Below are positions 27,408 to 37,916 of a stretch of DNA of 64,000 nt, piece after piece. The stretch lies in contig OZ024766.1 of the NCBI GenBank assembly GCA_964016885.1, positions 14,694,001 through 14,758,000 on the forward strand. The letters run 5' to 3'. The notes beneath the pieces were generated by a model, which was not told where the DNA came from, did not search any database, and saw only the letters and a list, made by a program, of their open reading frames with translations. Position 1 is the first letter of the stretch. Every line of letters begins with the position of its first letter. Both the position numbers and the translations under genes were made by a program. Source of the stretch: Eledone cirrhosa (Eukaryota).

Positions 27408-27463
27408 CATTCATTCTCTTCGAAATTCAGTGGATATGAATCACTGTCGTTGGTTCCTTTCAT
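27408..27463 (-). CDS. TERT: TERT internal exon (56 nt): MKGTNDSDSYPLNFEENE(W)
   Basis: Acceptor gttattgttttacag|ATG and donor GAATG|gtatgt. Only one frame is open. YPLNFEENEW|VCFKAF parallels human [16 protein letters not shown]. Confidence 0.8.
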
Positions 27464-27585
27464 CTGTAAAACAATAACAACAACAACAACAATAATAATC
27501 ATAATACAATACAAGGAGTGTGAGGCTGAGACCCGAATATATTTGTTTATCCCGTTAGTAAAATAAGTTGGATTACTTTGAATAA

Positions 27586-28012
27586 ATAATTGTTTCTACT
27601 GTTGGCACAAGGCCAGCAATTACCCCAGTACATTACTGGTACTTTATTTTATCAACCCTGTAATAATTGTTTCTACTTTTGGGGGCACAAGGCCAGCAAT
27701 TACCCCAGTACATTACTGGTACTTTATTTTATCAACCCTGTAATAATTGTTTCTACTTTTGGGGGCACAAGGCCAGCAATTACCCCAGTACATTACTGGT
27801 ACTTTATTTTATCGACCCTGTAATAATTGTTTCCATTTTTGGCACAAGGCCAGCAATTACCCCAGTACATTACTGGTACTTTATTTTATCGACCCTGTAA
27901 GGATGAAAGGCAAAGTTAACCTCGGCGGGATTTGAACTCAGAACCTAAAGTGCCATAACTCTATGCGTCAAAGCATGGTGTCCGACCCTCTACTGATACT
28001 GCCAATCCACCG
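27586..28012 (-). mobile_element. tRNA-derived SINE with its 3' 77-80 bp tandemly repeated about 4 times
   Basis: Reverse complement of the 37330 SINE, with repeated taattgtttctact...ttttatcaaccctgtaa. Confidence 0.85.
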
Positions 28013-28097
28013 TAATGAATGATTATTACATAATTTATCTACCAAATTTCGTAGCTCTTGATTGTCAACACTTCCAGTTATGATATAACATACGCCA

Positions 28098-29023
28098 TGG
28101 AGGCACATGGCTTACAGGTTAGAGCATTGGCCTGGCAATCGAAAGGTTGTGAGTTCAATTCTCAGACCAGGTGATGTGTTGTTTCCTTGAGCAAGACACT
28201 TTATTTCACATTGCTCCAGTTTACACAGCTGTAGAAATGAGATGAGAGGGACTGGGGTTCATATCATTCCACTGCAAAGTGGTCGTGGAGGTGCCACGGC
28301 TAAAAAGCACCCAGCACTCACTGTAAAGTGGTCGTGGAGGTGCCACGGCAAGAAAGCACCCAGCACTCACTGTAAAGTGGTCGTGGAGGTGCCACGGCTA
28401 AAAAGCACCCAGCACTCACTGTAAAGTGGTCGTGGAGGTGCCACGGCAAGAAAGCACCCAGCACTCACTGTAAAGTGGTCGTGGAGGTGCCACGGCTAAA
28501 AAGCACCCAGCACTCACTGTAAAGTGGTCGTGGAGGTGCCATGGCAAAAAAGCACCCAGCACTCACTGTAAAGTGGTCGTGGAGGTGCCACGGCAAGAAA
28601 GCACCCAGCACTCACTGTAAAGTGGTCGTGGAGGTGCCACGGCAAAAAAGCACCCAGCACTCACTGTAAAGTGGTCGTGGAGGTGCCACGGCAAGAAAGC
28701 ACCCAGCACTCACTGTAAAGTGGTCGTGGAGGTGCCACGGCTAAAAAGCACCCAGCACTCACTGTAAAGTGGTCGTGGAGGTGCCACGGCAAGAAAGCAC
28801 CCAGCACTCACTGTAAAGTGGTCGTGGAGGTGCCACGGCTAAAAAGGCAGCCAGCACTCACTGTAAAGTGGTCGTGGAGGTGCCACGGCTAAAAAGCACC
28901 CAGCACTCACTGTAAATGAGGTTGGTGTTAGGAAGGGCATCCAGCTGTAGAAATCAAGCCAGAATCAGTTCCCGTCCCACCCTTGCAAGCAGGGAAAAGT
29001 GGACGTAAAATGATGATGATGAT
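28098..29023 (+). mobile_element. tRNA-headed SINE or SINE chimera with an internal 49-bp tandem expansion and an RTE-type 3' tail
   Basis: Head ggaggcacatggcttacaggttagagc...gagttcaattctc is A/B-box-like. Body gtttccttgagcaagacacttt. Tail 28974-29008 is 34/35 identical to the RTE end at 5022-5056 and is followed by (tga)n. Confidence 0.75.
28270..28917. repeat. 49-bp tandem repeat, about 13 copies
   Basis: Unit actgtaaagtggtcgtggaggtgccacggcaagaaagcacccagcactc, period 49 (28321, 28370). Confidence 0.95.
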
Positions 29024-29148
29024 ATATTTCTATATTTGCCACAAGGGCGCACAAGAAAAGGGGTCAATACAAAGACACATGCCGGGGATTTTACGTAGAG
29101 TCGTGTAAAAATATTGAAACAAACAAATTTAACAATCGAAATCCCCAG

Positions 29149-30363
29149 GGATTGCATTACATGTGGGGCTGGAGGGACAGTGGGAGTGCATTACATGTGG
29201 GGCTGGAGGGACAGTGGGAGTGGATTACATGTGGGGCTGGAGGGACAGTGGGAGTGCATTACATGTGGGGCTGGAGGGACAGTGGGAGTGCATTACATGT
29301 GGGGCTGGAGGGACAGTGGGAGTGCATTACATGTGGGGCTGGAGGGACAGTGGGAGTGCATTACATGTGGGGCTGGAGGGACAGTGGGATTGCATTACAT
29401 GTGGGGCTGGAGGGACAGTGGGAGTGCATTACATGTGGGGCTGGAGGGACAGTGGGAGTGGATTACATGTGGGGATGGAGGGACAGTGGGAGTGCATTAC
29501 ATGTGGGGCTGGAGGGACAGTGGGAGTGGATTACATGTGGGGCTGGAGGGACAGTGGGAGTGCATTACATGTGGGGCTGGAGGGACAGTGGGAGTGCATT
29601 ACATGTGGGGCTGGAGGGACAGTGGGAGTGGATTACATGTGGGGCTGGAGGGACAGTGGGAGTGCATTACATGTGGGGCTGGAGGGACAGTGGGAGTGGA
29701 TTACATGTGGGGCTGGAGGGACAGTGGGAGTGGATTACATGTGGGGCTGGAGGGACAGTGGGAGTGCATTACATGTGGGGCTGGAGGGACAGTGGGAGTG
29801 GATTACATGTGGGGCTGGAGGGACAGTGGGAGTGCATTACATGTGGGGCTGGAGGGACAGTGGGAGTGCATTACATGTGGGGCTGGAGGGACAGTGGGAG
29901 TGCATTACATGTGGGGCTGGAGGGACAGTGGGAGTGCATTACATGTGGGGCTGGAGGGACAGTGGGATTGCATTACATGTGGGGCTGGAGGGACAGTGGG
30001 AGTGCATTACATGTGGGGCTGGAGGGACAGTGGGAGTGGATTACATGTGGGGATGGAGGGACAGTGGGAGTGCATTACATGTGGGGCTGGAGGGACAGTG
30101 GGAGTGGATTACATGTGGGGCTGGAGGGACAGTGGGAGTGCATTACATGTGGGGCTGGAGGGACAGTGGGAGTGCATTACATGTGGGGCTGGAGGGACAG
30201 TGGGAGTGGATTACATGTGGGGCTGGAGGGACAGTGGGAGTGCATTACATGTGGGGATGGAGGGACAGTGGGATTGCATTACATGTGGGGATGGAGGGAC
30301 AGTGGGAGTGCATTACATGTGGGGCTGGAGGGACAGTGGGAGTGGATTACATGTGGGGCTGGA
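29149..30363 (+). repeat. 34-bp G-rich minisatellite (cattacatgtggggctggagggacagtgggagtg), about 36 copies
   Basis: Period 34 (29161, 29195). No stop codon in any + frame, which explains the spurious 34-aa-repeat ORFs. Confidence 0.97.
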
Positions 30364-30429
30364 GAGAGTGGTATATGTAGCACACCACCACTACAGATAC
30401 CACCACCACCTTCACAAACAAAAAACTCC

Positions 30430-30700
30430 CAGGCCTCCCCATCCCACCCTCACATATCCCCCAGTTACCCACCTTCCCCCCTCCCATGTCCTCCAGTTAC
30501 CCACCTACCCATGTCCCCCACCTCCCTCCCTCTCACGTCCCCCAGTTACCCCTCTACGCCCCTCCCATGTGCCCCAGTTAGCCACCATCCTCTCTCCCAT
30601 GTCCCCCAGTTACCCCGTCCCATGTCTCCCGTTACCCACTTACTCCCCCCCCATATCCCCCAGTTACCCACCTCCCTCCCTCCCATGTCCCCCACCTACC
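30430..30700. repeat. Degenerate C-rich repeat (cccatgtcccccagttaccc-like)
   Basis: About 7 recurrences of ccagttaccc / cccatgtccc. Confidence 0.7.
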
Positions 30701-30709
30701 TCTACTCAC

Positions 30710-30768
30710 CTTCTTCATGTGGAAACGTGTTTGCTGGATGAAGTAGCTGGCAATATGTCGGATACCAT
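30710..30768 (-). CDS. TERT: TERT internal exon (59 nt): (N)GIRHIASYFIQQTRFHMKK
   Basis: Acceptor gtttctattttcag|AT and donor AAG|gtgagt. Phase 1 start and phase 0 end fit both neighbours. Parallels human RVISDTASLCYSILKAK. Confidence 0.85.
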
Positions 30769-30845
30769 CTGAAAATAGAAACATTATATATGTAGGGCCC
30801 CCGTTTTGACATACTAGCAGTGGTACCCGGCGTTGCACGGGATAC

Positions 30846-32466
30846 TGCACTCCCACTGTCCCTCCAACCCCACATGTAATCCACTCCCACTGTCCCTCCA
30901 GCCCCACATGTAATCCACTCCCACTGTCCCTCCAGCCCCACATGTAATGCACTCCCACTGTCCCTCCAGCCCCACATGTAATGCAATCCCACTGTCCCTC
31001 CAGCCCCACATGTAATCCACTCCCACTGTCCCTCCAGCCCCACATGTAATGCAATCCCACTGTCCCTCCAGCCCCACATGTAATGCACTCCCACTGTCCC
31101 TCCAGCCCCACATGTAATGCAATCCCACTGTCCCTCCAGCCCCACATGTAATGCACTCTCACTGTCCCTCCAGCCCCACATGTAATGCAATCCCACTGTC
31201 CCTCCAGCCCCACATGTAATGCAATCCCACTGTCCCTCCAGCCCCACATGTAATGCACTGCCACTGTCCCTCCAGCCCCACATGTAATGCAATCCCACTG
31301 TGCCTCCAGCCCCACATGTAATCCACTCCCACTGTCCCTCCAGCCCCACATGTAATGCACTCCCACTGTCCCTCCAGCCCCACATGTAATGCACTCCCAC
31401 TGTCCCTCCAGCCCCACATGTAATGCAATCCCACTGTCCCTCCAGCCCCACATGTAATGTACTCCCACTGTCCCTCCAGCCCCACATGTAATGTAATCCA
31501 CTCCCACTGTCCCTCCAACCCCACATGTAATGCACTCCCACTGTCCCTCCAGCCCCACATGTAATGTACTCCCACTGTCCCTGCAGCCCCACATGTAATC
31601 CACTCCCACTGTCCCTCCAGCCCCACATGTAATGCACTCCCACTGTCCCTCCAGCCCCACATGTAATGTACTCCCACTGTCCCTCCAGCCCCACATGTAA
31701 TGCAATCCACTCCCACTGTCCCTCCAGCCCCACATGTAATGCACTCCCACAGTCTCTCCATCCCCACATGTAATCCACTCCCACTGTCCCTCCATCCCCA
31801 CATGTAATGCACTCCCACTGTCCCTCCAGCCCCACATGTAATGCAATCCCACTGTCCCTCCAGCCCCACATGTAATGCAATCCCACTGTCCCTCCAGCCC
31901 CACATGTAATCCACTCCCACTGTCTCTCCAGCCCCACATGTAATGCAATCCCACTGTCCCTCCATCCCCACATGTAATCCACTCCCACTGTCCCTCCAGC
32001 CCCACATGTAATCCACTCCCACTGTCCCTCCAGCCCCACATGTAATCCACTCCCACTGTCCCCCCAGCCCCACATGTAATGCAATCCCACTGTCCCTCCA
32101 TCCCCACATGTAATCCACTCCCACTGTCCCTCCAGCCCCACATGTAATGCAATCCCACTGTCCCTCCAGCCCCACATGTAATGTACTCCCACTGTCCCTC
32201 CAGCCCCACATGTAATGCAATCCCACTGTCCCTCCAGCCCCACATGTAATGTACTCCCACTGTCCCTCCAGCCCCACATGTAATCCACTCCCACTGTCCC
32301 TCCAGCCCCACATGTAATCCACTCCCACTGTCCCTCCAGCCCCACATGTAATCCACTCCCACTGTCCCTCCAGCCCCACATGTAATCCACTCCCACTGTC
32401 CCTCCAGCCCCACATGTAATCCACTCCCACTGTCCCTCCAGCCCCACATGTAATCCACTCCCACAT
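30846..32466 (-). repeat. Inverted copy of the 34-bp G-rich minisatellite, about 47 copies
   Basis: cactcccactgtccctccagccccacatgtaatg is the exact reverse complement of the 29149-30363 unit. Confidence 0.97.
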
Positions 32467-32699
32467 GGAACGCGGGCCACCAACAGACCTAATTGTGGAA
32501 AAAATGCATGCCTGGACAATATGTAAAGAAAATAAACCGAATAGTCTGATGGCTGGATAATCTAAGATTTTCCCTCTATGAAGCAGGAAAAATGCAGGTT
32601 TTCACCTAATGCGGGCCCTAGGGGATCAAGGAAATGAAATTTTCTTATGTGCATAATATGCCTTGAAATTTCGGGATATCTGATAGACGTAACGCCTCA

Positions 32700-34705
32700 A
32701 AAAAGCCCTAAGAAGCTGAAAAAAATGAAGTTTTTCACCATAATGCGGGCCCTAGGCCATAAGAAAGTTGGATTTTCTTTGCTCCCGGTATGAAGAAGAG
32801 ACTGACTAATACATAGTTACAATTTCAAGGAAATCAGTCTGACGTAACGCTTCAAAAAAAGCCCTAAAATGCTGAAAAAATGAAGTTTTTCACCTAAAGC
32901 GAGCCCTAGGCCATAAGAAAGTTGGATTTTCTTTGCTCCCGGTATGAAGAAGAGGCTGACTAATACATAGTTACAATTTCAAGGAAATCAGTCTGACGTA
33001 ACGCTTCAAAAAAAGCCCTAAAATGCTGAAAAAATGAAGTTTTTCACCTAAAGCGAGCCCTAGGCCATAAGAAAGTTGGATTTTCTTTGCTCCCGGTATG
33101 AAGAAGAGGCTGACTAATACATAGTTACAATTTCAAGGAAATCAGTCTGACGTAACGCTTCAAAAAAAGCCCTAAAATGCTGAAAAAATGAAGTTTTTCA
33201 CCTAAAGCGAGCCCTAGGCCATAAGAAAGTTGGATTTTCTTTGCTCCCGGTATGAAGAAGAGACTGACTAATACATAGTTACAATTTCAAGGAAATCAGT
33301 CTGACGTAACGCTTCAAAAAAAGCCCTAAAATGCTGAAAAAATGAAGTTTTTCACCTAAAGCGAGCCCTAGGCCATAAGAAAGTTGGATTTTCTTTGCTC
33401 CCGGTATGAAGAAGAGGCTGACTAATACATAGTTACAATTTCAAGGAAATCAGTCTGACGTAACGCTTCAAAAAAAGCCCTAAAATGCTGAAAAAATGAA
33501 GTTTTTCACCTAAAACGAGCCCTAGGCCATAAGAAAGTTGGATTTTCTTTGCTCCCGGTATGAAGAAGAGACTGACTAATACATAGTTACAATTTCAAGG
33601 AAATCAGTCTGACGTAACGCTTCAAAAAAAGCCCTAAAATGCTGAAAAAATGAAGTTTTTCACCTAAAGCGAGCCCTAGGCCATAAGAAAGTTGGATTTT
33701 CTTTGCTCCCGGTATGAAGAAGAGGCTGACTAATACATAGTTACAATTTCAAGGAAATCAGTCTGACGTAACGCTTCAAAAAAAGCCCTAAAATGCTGAA
33801 AAAATGAAGTTTTTCACCTAAAGCGAGCCCTAGGCCATAAGAAAGTTGGATTTTCTTTGCTCCCGGTATGAAGAAGAGACTGACTAATACATAGTTACAA
33901 TTTCAAGGAAATCAGTCTGACGTAACGCTTCAAAAAAAGCCCTAAAATGCTGAAAAAATGAAGTTTTTCACCTAAAGCGAGCCCTAGGCCATAAGAAAGT
34001 TGGATTTTCTTTGCTCCCGGTATGAAGAAGAGGCTGACTAATACATAGTTACAATTTCAAGGAAATCAGTCTGACGTAACGCTTCAAAAAAAGCCCTAAA
34101 ATGCTGAAAAAATGAAGTTTTTCACCTAAAGCGAGCCCTAGGCCATAAGAAAGTTGGATTTTCTTTGCTCCCGGTATGAAGAAGAGACTGACTAATACAT
34201 AGTTACAATTTCAAGGAAATCAGTCTGACGTAACGCTTCAAAAAAAGCCCTAAAATGCTGAAAAAATGAAGTTTTTCACCTAAAGCGAGCCCTAGGCCAT
34301 AAGAAAGTTGGATTTTCTTTGCTCCCGGTATGAAGAAGAGACTGACTAATACATAGTTACAATTTCAAGGAAATCAGTCTGACGTAACGCTTCAAAAAAA
34401 GCCCTAAAATGCTGAAAAAATGAAGTTTTTCACCTAAAGCGAGCCCTAGGCCATAAGAAAGTTGGATTTTCTTTGCTCCCGGTATGAAGAAGAGACTGAC
34501 TAATACATAGTTACAATTTCAAGGAAATCAGTCTGACGTAACGCTTCAAAAAAAGCCCTAAAATGCTGAAAAAATGAAGTTTTTCACCTAAAGCGAGCCC
34601 TAGGCCATAAGAAAGTTGGATTTTCTTTGCTCACGGTATGAAGAAGAGACTGACTAATACATAGTTACAATTTCAAGGAAATCGGTCTGACGTAACGCCT
34701 CAAAA
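32700..34705. repeat. 154-bp tandem repeat, about 13 copies
   Basis: cacctaaagcgagccctagg at 32891, 33045 and so on. Diverged partial units lie at both ends. Confidence 0.95.
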
Positions 34706-34980
34706 AACCCTAGAAACCTGAAAAAAAACACGCAGTTTTTCACCTAATGCAGGCCCTAGGAGATAAAAAAGTTGAATTTTTTTATGTGCATAATACTCTC
34801 TAAAACATAAGTAACACACATAAACCGAATACTCTGATGGATAATTTTATATAAGAACCTTTGTTAAGTTATGTTCCAAACAACCCTACTTCTATGACAC
34901 AAAACTGTTTGTTCTAAAAACCTTTCATTATAATTCCATGTCAGAACCTTTATTAAGTTATGCTCCAAATATCAACTTAC

Positions 34981-35110
34981 TGAAGAAGAACTTCACATTA
35001 GCTGCCGAACGTCTGTTTTGGGGCAGCCGTCTTACGTGGATGTGGAATCGGCAAGCAATGAGGTAGTAGAAGTTGAAGACATTCATGGTGACTGTCCATA
35101 GAGAATTGAT
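34981..35110 (-). CDS. TERT: TERT internal exon (130 nt): INSLWTVTMNVFNFYYLIACRFHIHVRRLPQNRRSAANVKFFF
   Basis: Acceptor tttctcttctcattggcaacag|ATC and donor TTCA|gtaagt. Collinear with human TERT [43 protein letters not shown], conserving NSLxTVxxN, AxRFHxxVxxLP and NxxFF. Confidence 0.9.
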
Positions 35111-35180
35111 CTGTTGCCAATGAGAAGAGAAATTTGTTAAGTAGACTAGCAGAAAAACCACCCTTCTAGCATGTGTTGTG

Positions 35181-35590
35181 TCATCATCAGCATCATCATC
35201 TTCGTTTAACGTCCACTTTCCACGCTAGCATGGGTTAGACGGGAGTTGTCCCACCTGAGGCAAGGTTGGTCGGGTGACCGTGTCTCGCTCATATAGGACT
35301 ATCTGGAAGGTTTTCTACAGCTGGATGCCCTTCCTAACACCAACCACATTTACAATGTGGAACTGGGAGGTTTTTACCGTGTTACCTACACGGCCACATT
35401 ACAGCGTGGACTGTGTGTTTTTGTCTCGTGACACCTACACGTCTGGTGGGTTTTCTACGGCTGGATGCCCTTCCTAACACCAACCACGTTTACAGTGTGG
35501 AACTGGGAGGTTTTTACCGTGTTACCTACACGGCCACATTACAGCGTGGACTGTGTGTTTTTGTCTTGTGACACCTACATGACCTCGATC
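35181..35590 (-). mobile_element. SINE with RTE-type tail and an internal duplication of about 128 bp
   Basis: (cat)n...tttaacgtccactttccacgctagcatggg, with ttttctacagctggatgcccttcctaacaccaaccac present twice. Confidence 0.8.
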
Positions 35591-35715
35591 TCATTATCTC
35601 ATTTATTTGGACTGGATGTTGTGGTAGCAACTTTATAGAGAGAGGGTGGTGTTGGTGGGAGTGGGAGGAAAGGGTAGGGGTAGTGGATTGGGGTGTATAT
35701 TTGGTTAAGAGGTGC

Positions 35716-36035
35716 CTACTGACTGTAGGTTTTACTTTGTACATAGGCAAGGCGGGTCTTCTGTATTACTGTGTAGCGCCAAAGACCTCGGTCCAGGGAC
35801 ATTGTCTTAGAGAGGTGCAAGTGTGTAAGGCCGGAATTTATCAGATCGTCCCAGGTTTTTCTGGGTCTGACTACTCCGTGGCTACCATCTATTTTGATCG
35901 CCCTGCACTTTTTTATACAACTGTCGTCTTTCATGCGCATCACGTGGCCATACCAACGTAGTCTTCTCTCGAGTAAACAGCATCTGATCCCTCTTATTCC
36001 TAATTTCTCACTTAGTTCACTTATGCTTTGCCGTT
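35716..36035 (-). mobile_element. 5'-truncated RTE LINE fragment, same family as the 1-5069 array
   Basis: ERQSISELSEKLGIRGIRCCLLERRLRWYGHVMRMKDDSCIKKCRAIKIDGSHGVVRPRKTW. Confidence 0.9.
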
Positions 36036-36449
36036 CGTATATATTACTATTACACAAGTGTGTGTATTATTATACACAAGTATATATACATGTAGATATT
36101 ATACATCAAATAAAATCGTAATTGACAATATATAATACTCAGAAATTGAACAAAGACTGTGTTACACTGTCTTATGTAATCATTAATCCATGATACATTA
36201 AAAAAGACGATATTATATATAAACTGCTAGCTTGTGTAGTGTGTATATTGATATTATACACAAGTATATATACATGTAGATATGATACATCAAATAAAAT
36301 CGTAATTGGCAATATATAATACACAGAAATTGAACAAAGACTGTGTTACACTGTCTTATGTAATCAGTAACGTAATCCATGATACATTAAAAAAGACGAT
36401 ATTATATATAAACTGCGTTAGGAGAAAATTAGCGACGGAAATATATGTC

Positions 36450-36971
36450 ATTATATCTATCTATCTAGGGCAGGTAAAATTCCCAAGATCCATGGACGAG
36501 TTCCCTCCAGCAGTCTCTGTCCCTCATTATCGCTGCCATGTCTTGCGTCTCCAACAGACCAGTGTCTGTCCTTAGGGCATCAACATACGTTAACCTTGGT
36601 CTTTCTCTTCCTGTGTGTCCATGTATGGGCTCCCACAGGAGCACTGAGTGCAATGTCAACTCTGGATGTCGGTGAGCATGTCCAGCTAACCTCAGTCTCC
36701 CTCTTCCAGTGTGTCCATGTAGGGGCTCCCACAGGAGCACTGAGTGCAGTGTCAACTCTGGATGTCGGTGAGCATGTCCAGCTAACTACAGTCTCTTCTG
36801 TGTCACTTTTGAGCTGACTTTTGGGAGGCTCCCATACAGCTCTGAGTTTTTCATCCTCAGTGTATACTGATTAATATTCAGAGCCATCCTCAGCATTCTC
36901 GTGTAGCACCCATCCACCATCAGAGTGAGTTTCTTGGTCAGTGTCCAAGTCTCAGACCTGTACAGCAGCAC
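36450..36971 (-). mobile_element. 5'-truncated RTE-clade LINE fragment (second family) with an in-frame stop, an internal duplication of about 100 bp and a (TAGA)n tail
   Basis: LLYRSETWTLTKK...CYTRMLRMAL...RL*LAGHAHRHPE...LLWEPxHGHTGRxRPRLTYVDALRTDTG. Confidence 0.85.
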
Positions 36972-36999
36972 GTGATTATGTGATTATAAGTGTTATAAT

Positions 37000-37182
37000 A
37001 TAACTGCTTCTACTTTAGGCACAAGGCCAGCAATTACCCAGTGTATTACTGGTATTTTATTTTATTGACCCCGTAAGGATGAAAGGCAAAGTTAATCTCG
37101 GCGGGATTTGAACTCAGATCATAAAGGGACGCAACTCTATGCTTCAAAGCATGGCGTCCAACCCTCTACCGATACTGCCAAT
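37000..37182 (-). mobile_element. tRNA-derived SINE
   Basis: Reverse complement of the 37330 family. Confidence 0.85.
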
Positions 37183-37329
37183 AATATAACGGCAGCTAAC
37201 AGGAAGTGTTGACATTTGACCATTTTAAAGAAGTGAATCTTTAAATAAGCTATAAAATATATTTAATCAACAGCCACAACATTTAATAGATAAATTATGT
37301 AATATTCATTCATTATTTATTCAAAGTCG

Positions 37330-37516
37330 GGCGGTGAGTTGGCAGTATCGGTAGAGGGTCGGATGCCATGCTTTGACGCATAGAGTTACGGCCCTTGCCA
37401 TTCTAAGTTCAAATCCCGCCGAGGTTGACTTTGCCTTTCATCCTTACGGGGTGGATAAAATAAAGTACCAGTAATACACTGGGGTAATTGCTGGCCTTGT
37501 GCCTAAAGGAGAAACA
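37330..37516 (+). mobile_element. Full-length tRNA-derived SINE (MetaSINE-like core) with a 16-bp target-site duplication
   Basis: Head ggcggtgagttggcagtatcggtagag, B-box aagttcaaatccc, core gcctttcatccttacggggt-gataaa. TSD attatttattcaaagt at 37312-37327 and 37517-37532. Confidence 0.88.
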
Positions 37517-37916
37517 ATTATTTATTCAAAGTAACCCAACTTATTTTACAAACGGGGTAAAAAAATATATTCTGGATGCAGTCCCACGCTCCTTACTTTA
37601 TTATAGTTAAGATTTTATTATTTATTTAAAGATTTACTTCTTTAAAATGTTCAAATGTCAACACTTCCGGTGGCAATCGCTTAAATAAACATTCATATAT
37701 TTCCGTCACTAATTTTCTCCTAATCCAGTTTATATAAAATATCTTCTTTTTTTAATATATCATGGATTACGTTACTGGTTAAATAAGACAGTGTAACGCA
37801 GTCTTCGTTCAATTTCTGTGTATATTGTCAATTACAATTTTATTTACATGCATATATATTTGTGTATAATATCAATATACACAGTACACATGCTAGGGTG
37901 GTTTTTCTGCTAGTGC

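Larger units (their letters stand above)
30814..34856 (-). mobile_element. Non-autonomous Helitron-like element carrying two tandem arrays
   Basis: On the minus strand the 3' end is a GC-rich hairpin (cccggcgttgcacggg, 30826-30841) followed by CTAG|T (30814-30817). The putative 5' end is TCttatataaaa near 34856. Subterminal motif taaaccgaata-tctgatgg occurs near 32533 and 34821. Confidence 0.6.
35145..37914. mobile_element. Foldback / long-TIR non-autonomous DNA element interrupted by SINE and LINE insertions
   Basis: Termini are actagcagaaaaaccaccc (35145) and gggtggtttttctgctagt (ends 37914). Further inverted matches: about 36230-36450 vs 37693-37890, and about 37200-37250 vs 37620-37670. 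Confidence 0.7.

Noticed and set aside
28098-28175. tRNA gene (also 44557-44630 and 37330-37420)
   Set aside because: A/B-box-like motifs run into SINE bodies and no complete cloverleaf is visible.
29114-32519. 400-610 aa Gly/Trp/Cys-rich repeat ORFs on both strands
   Set aside because: All three frames give the same 34-aa cycle from a stop-free 34-bp unit. The region is intronic to TERT.
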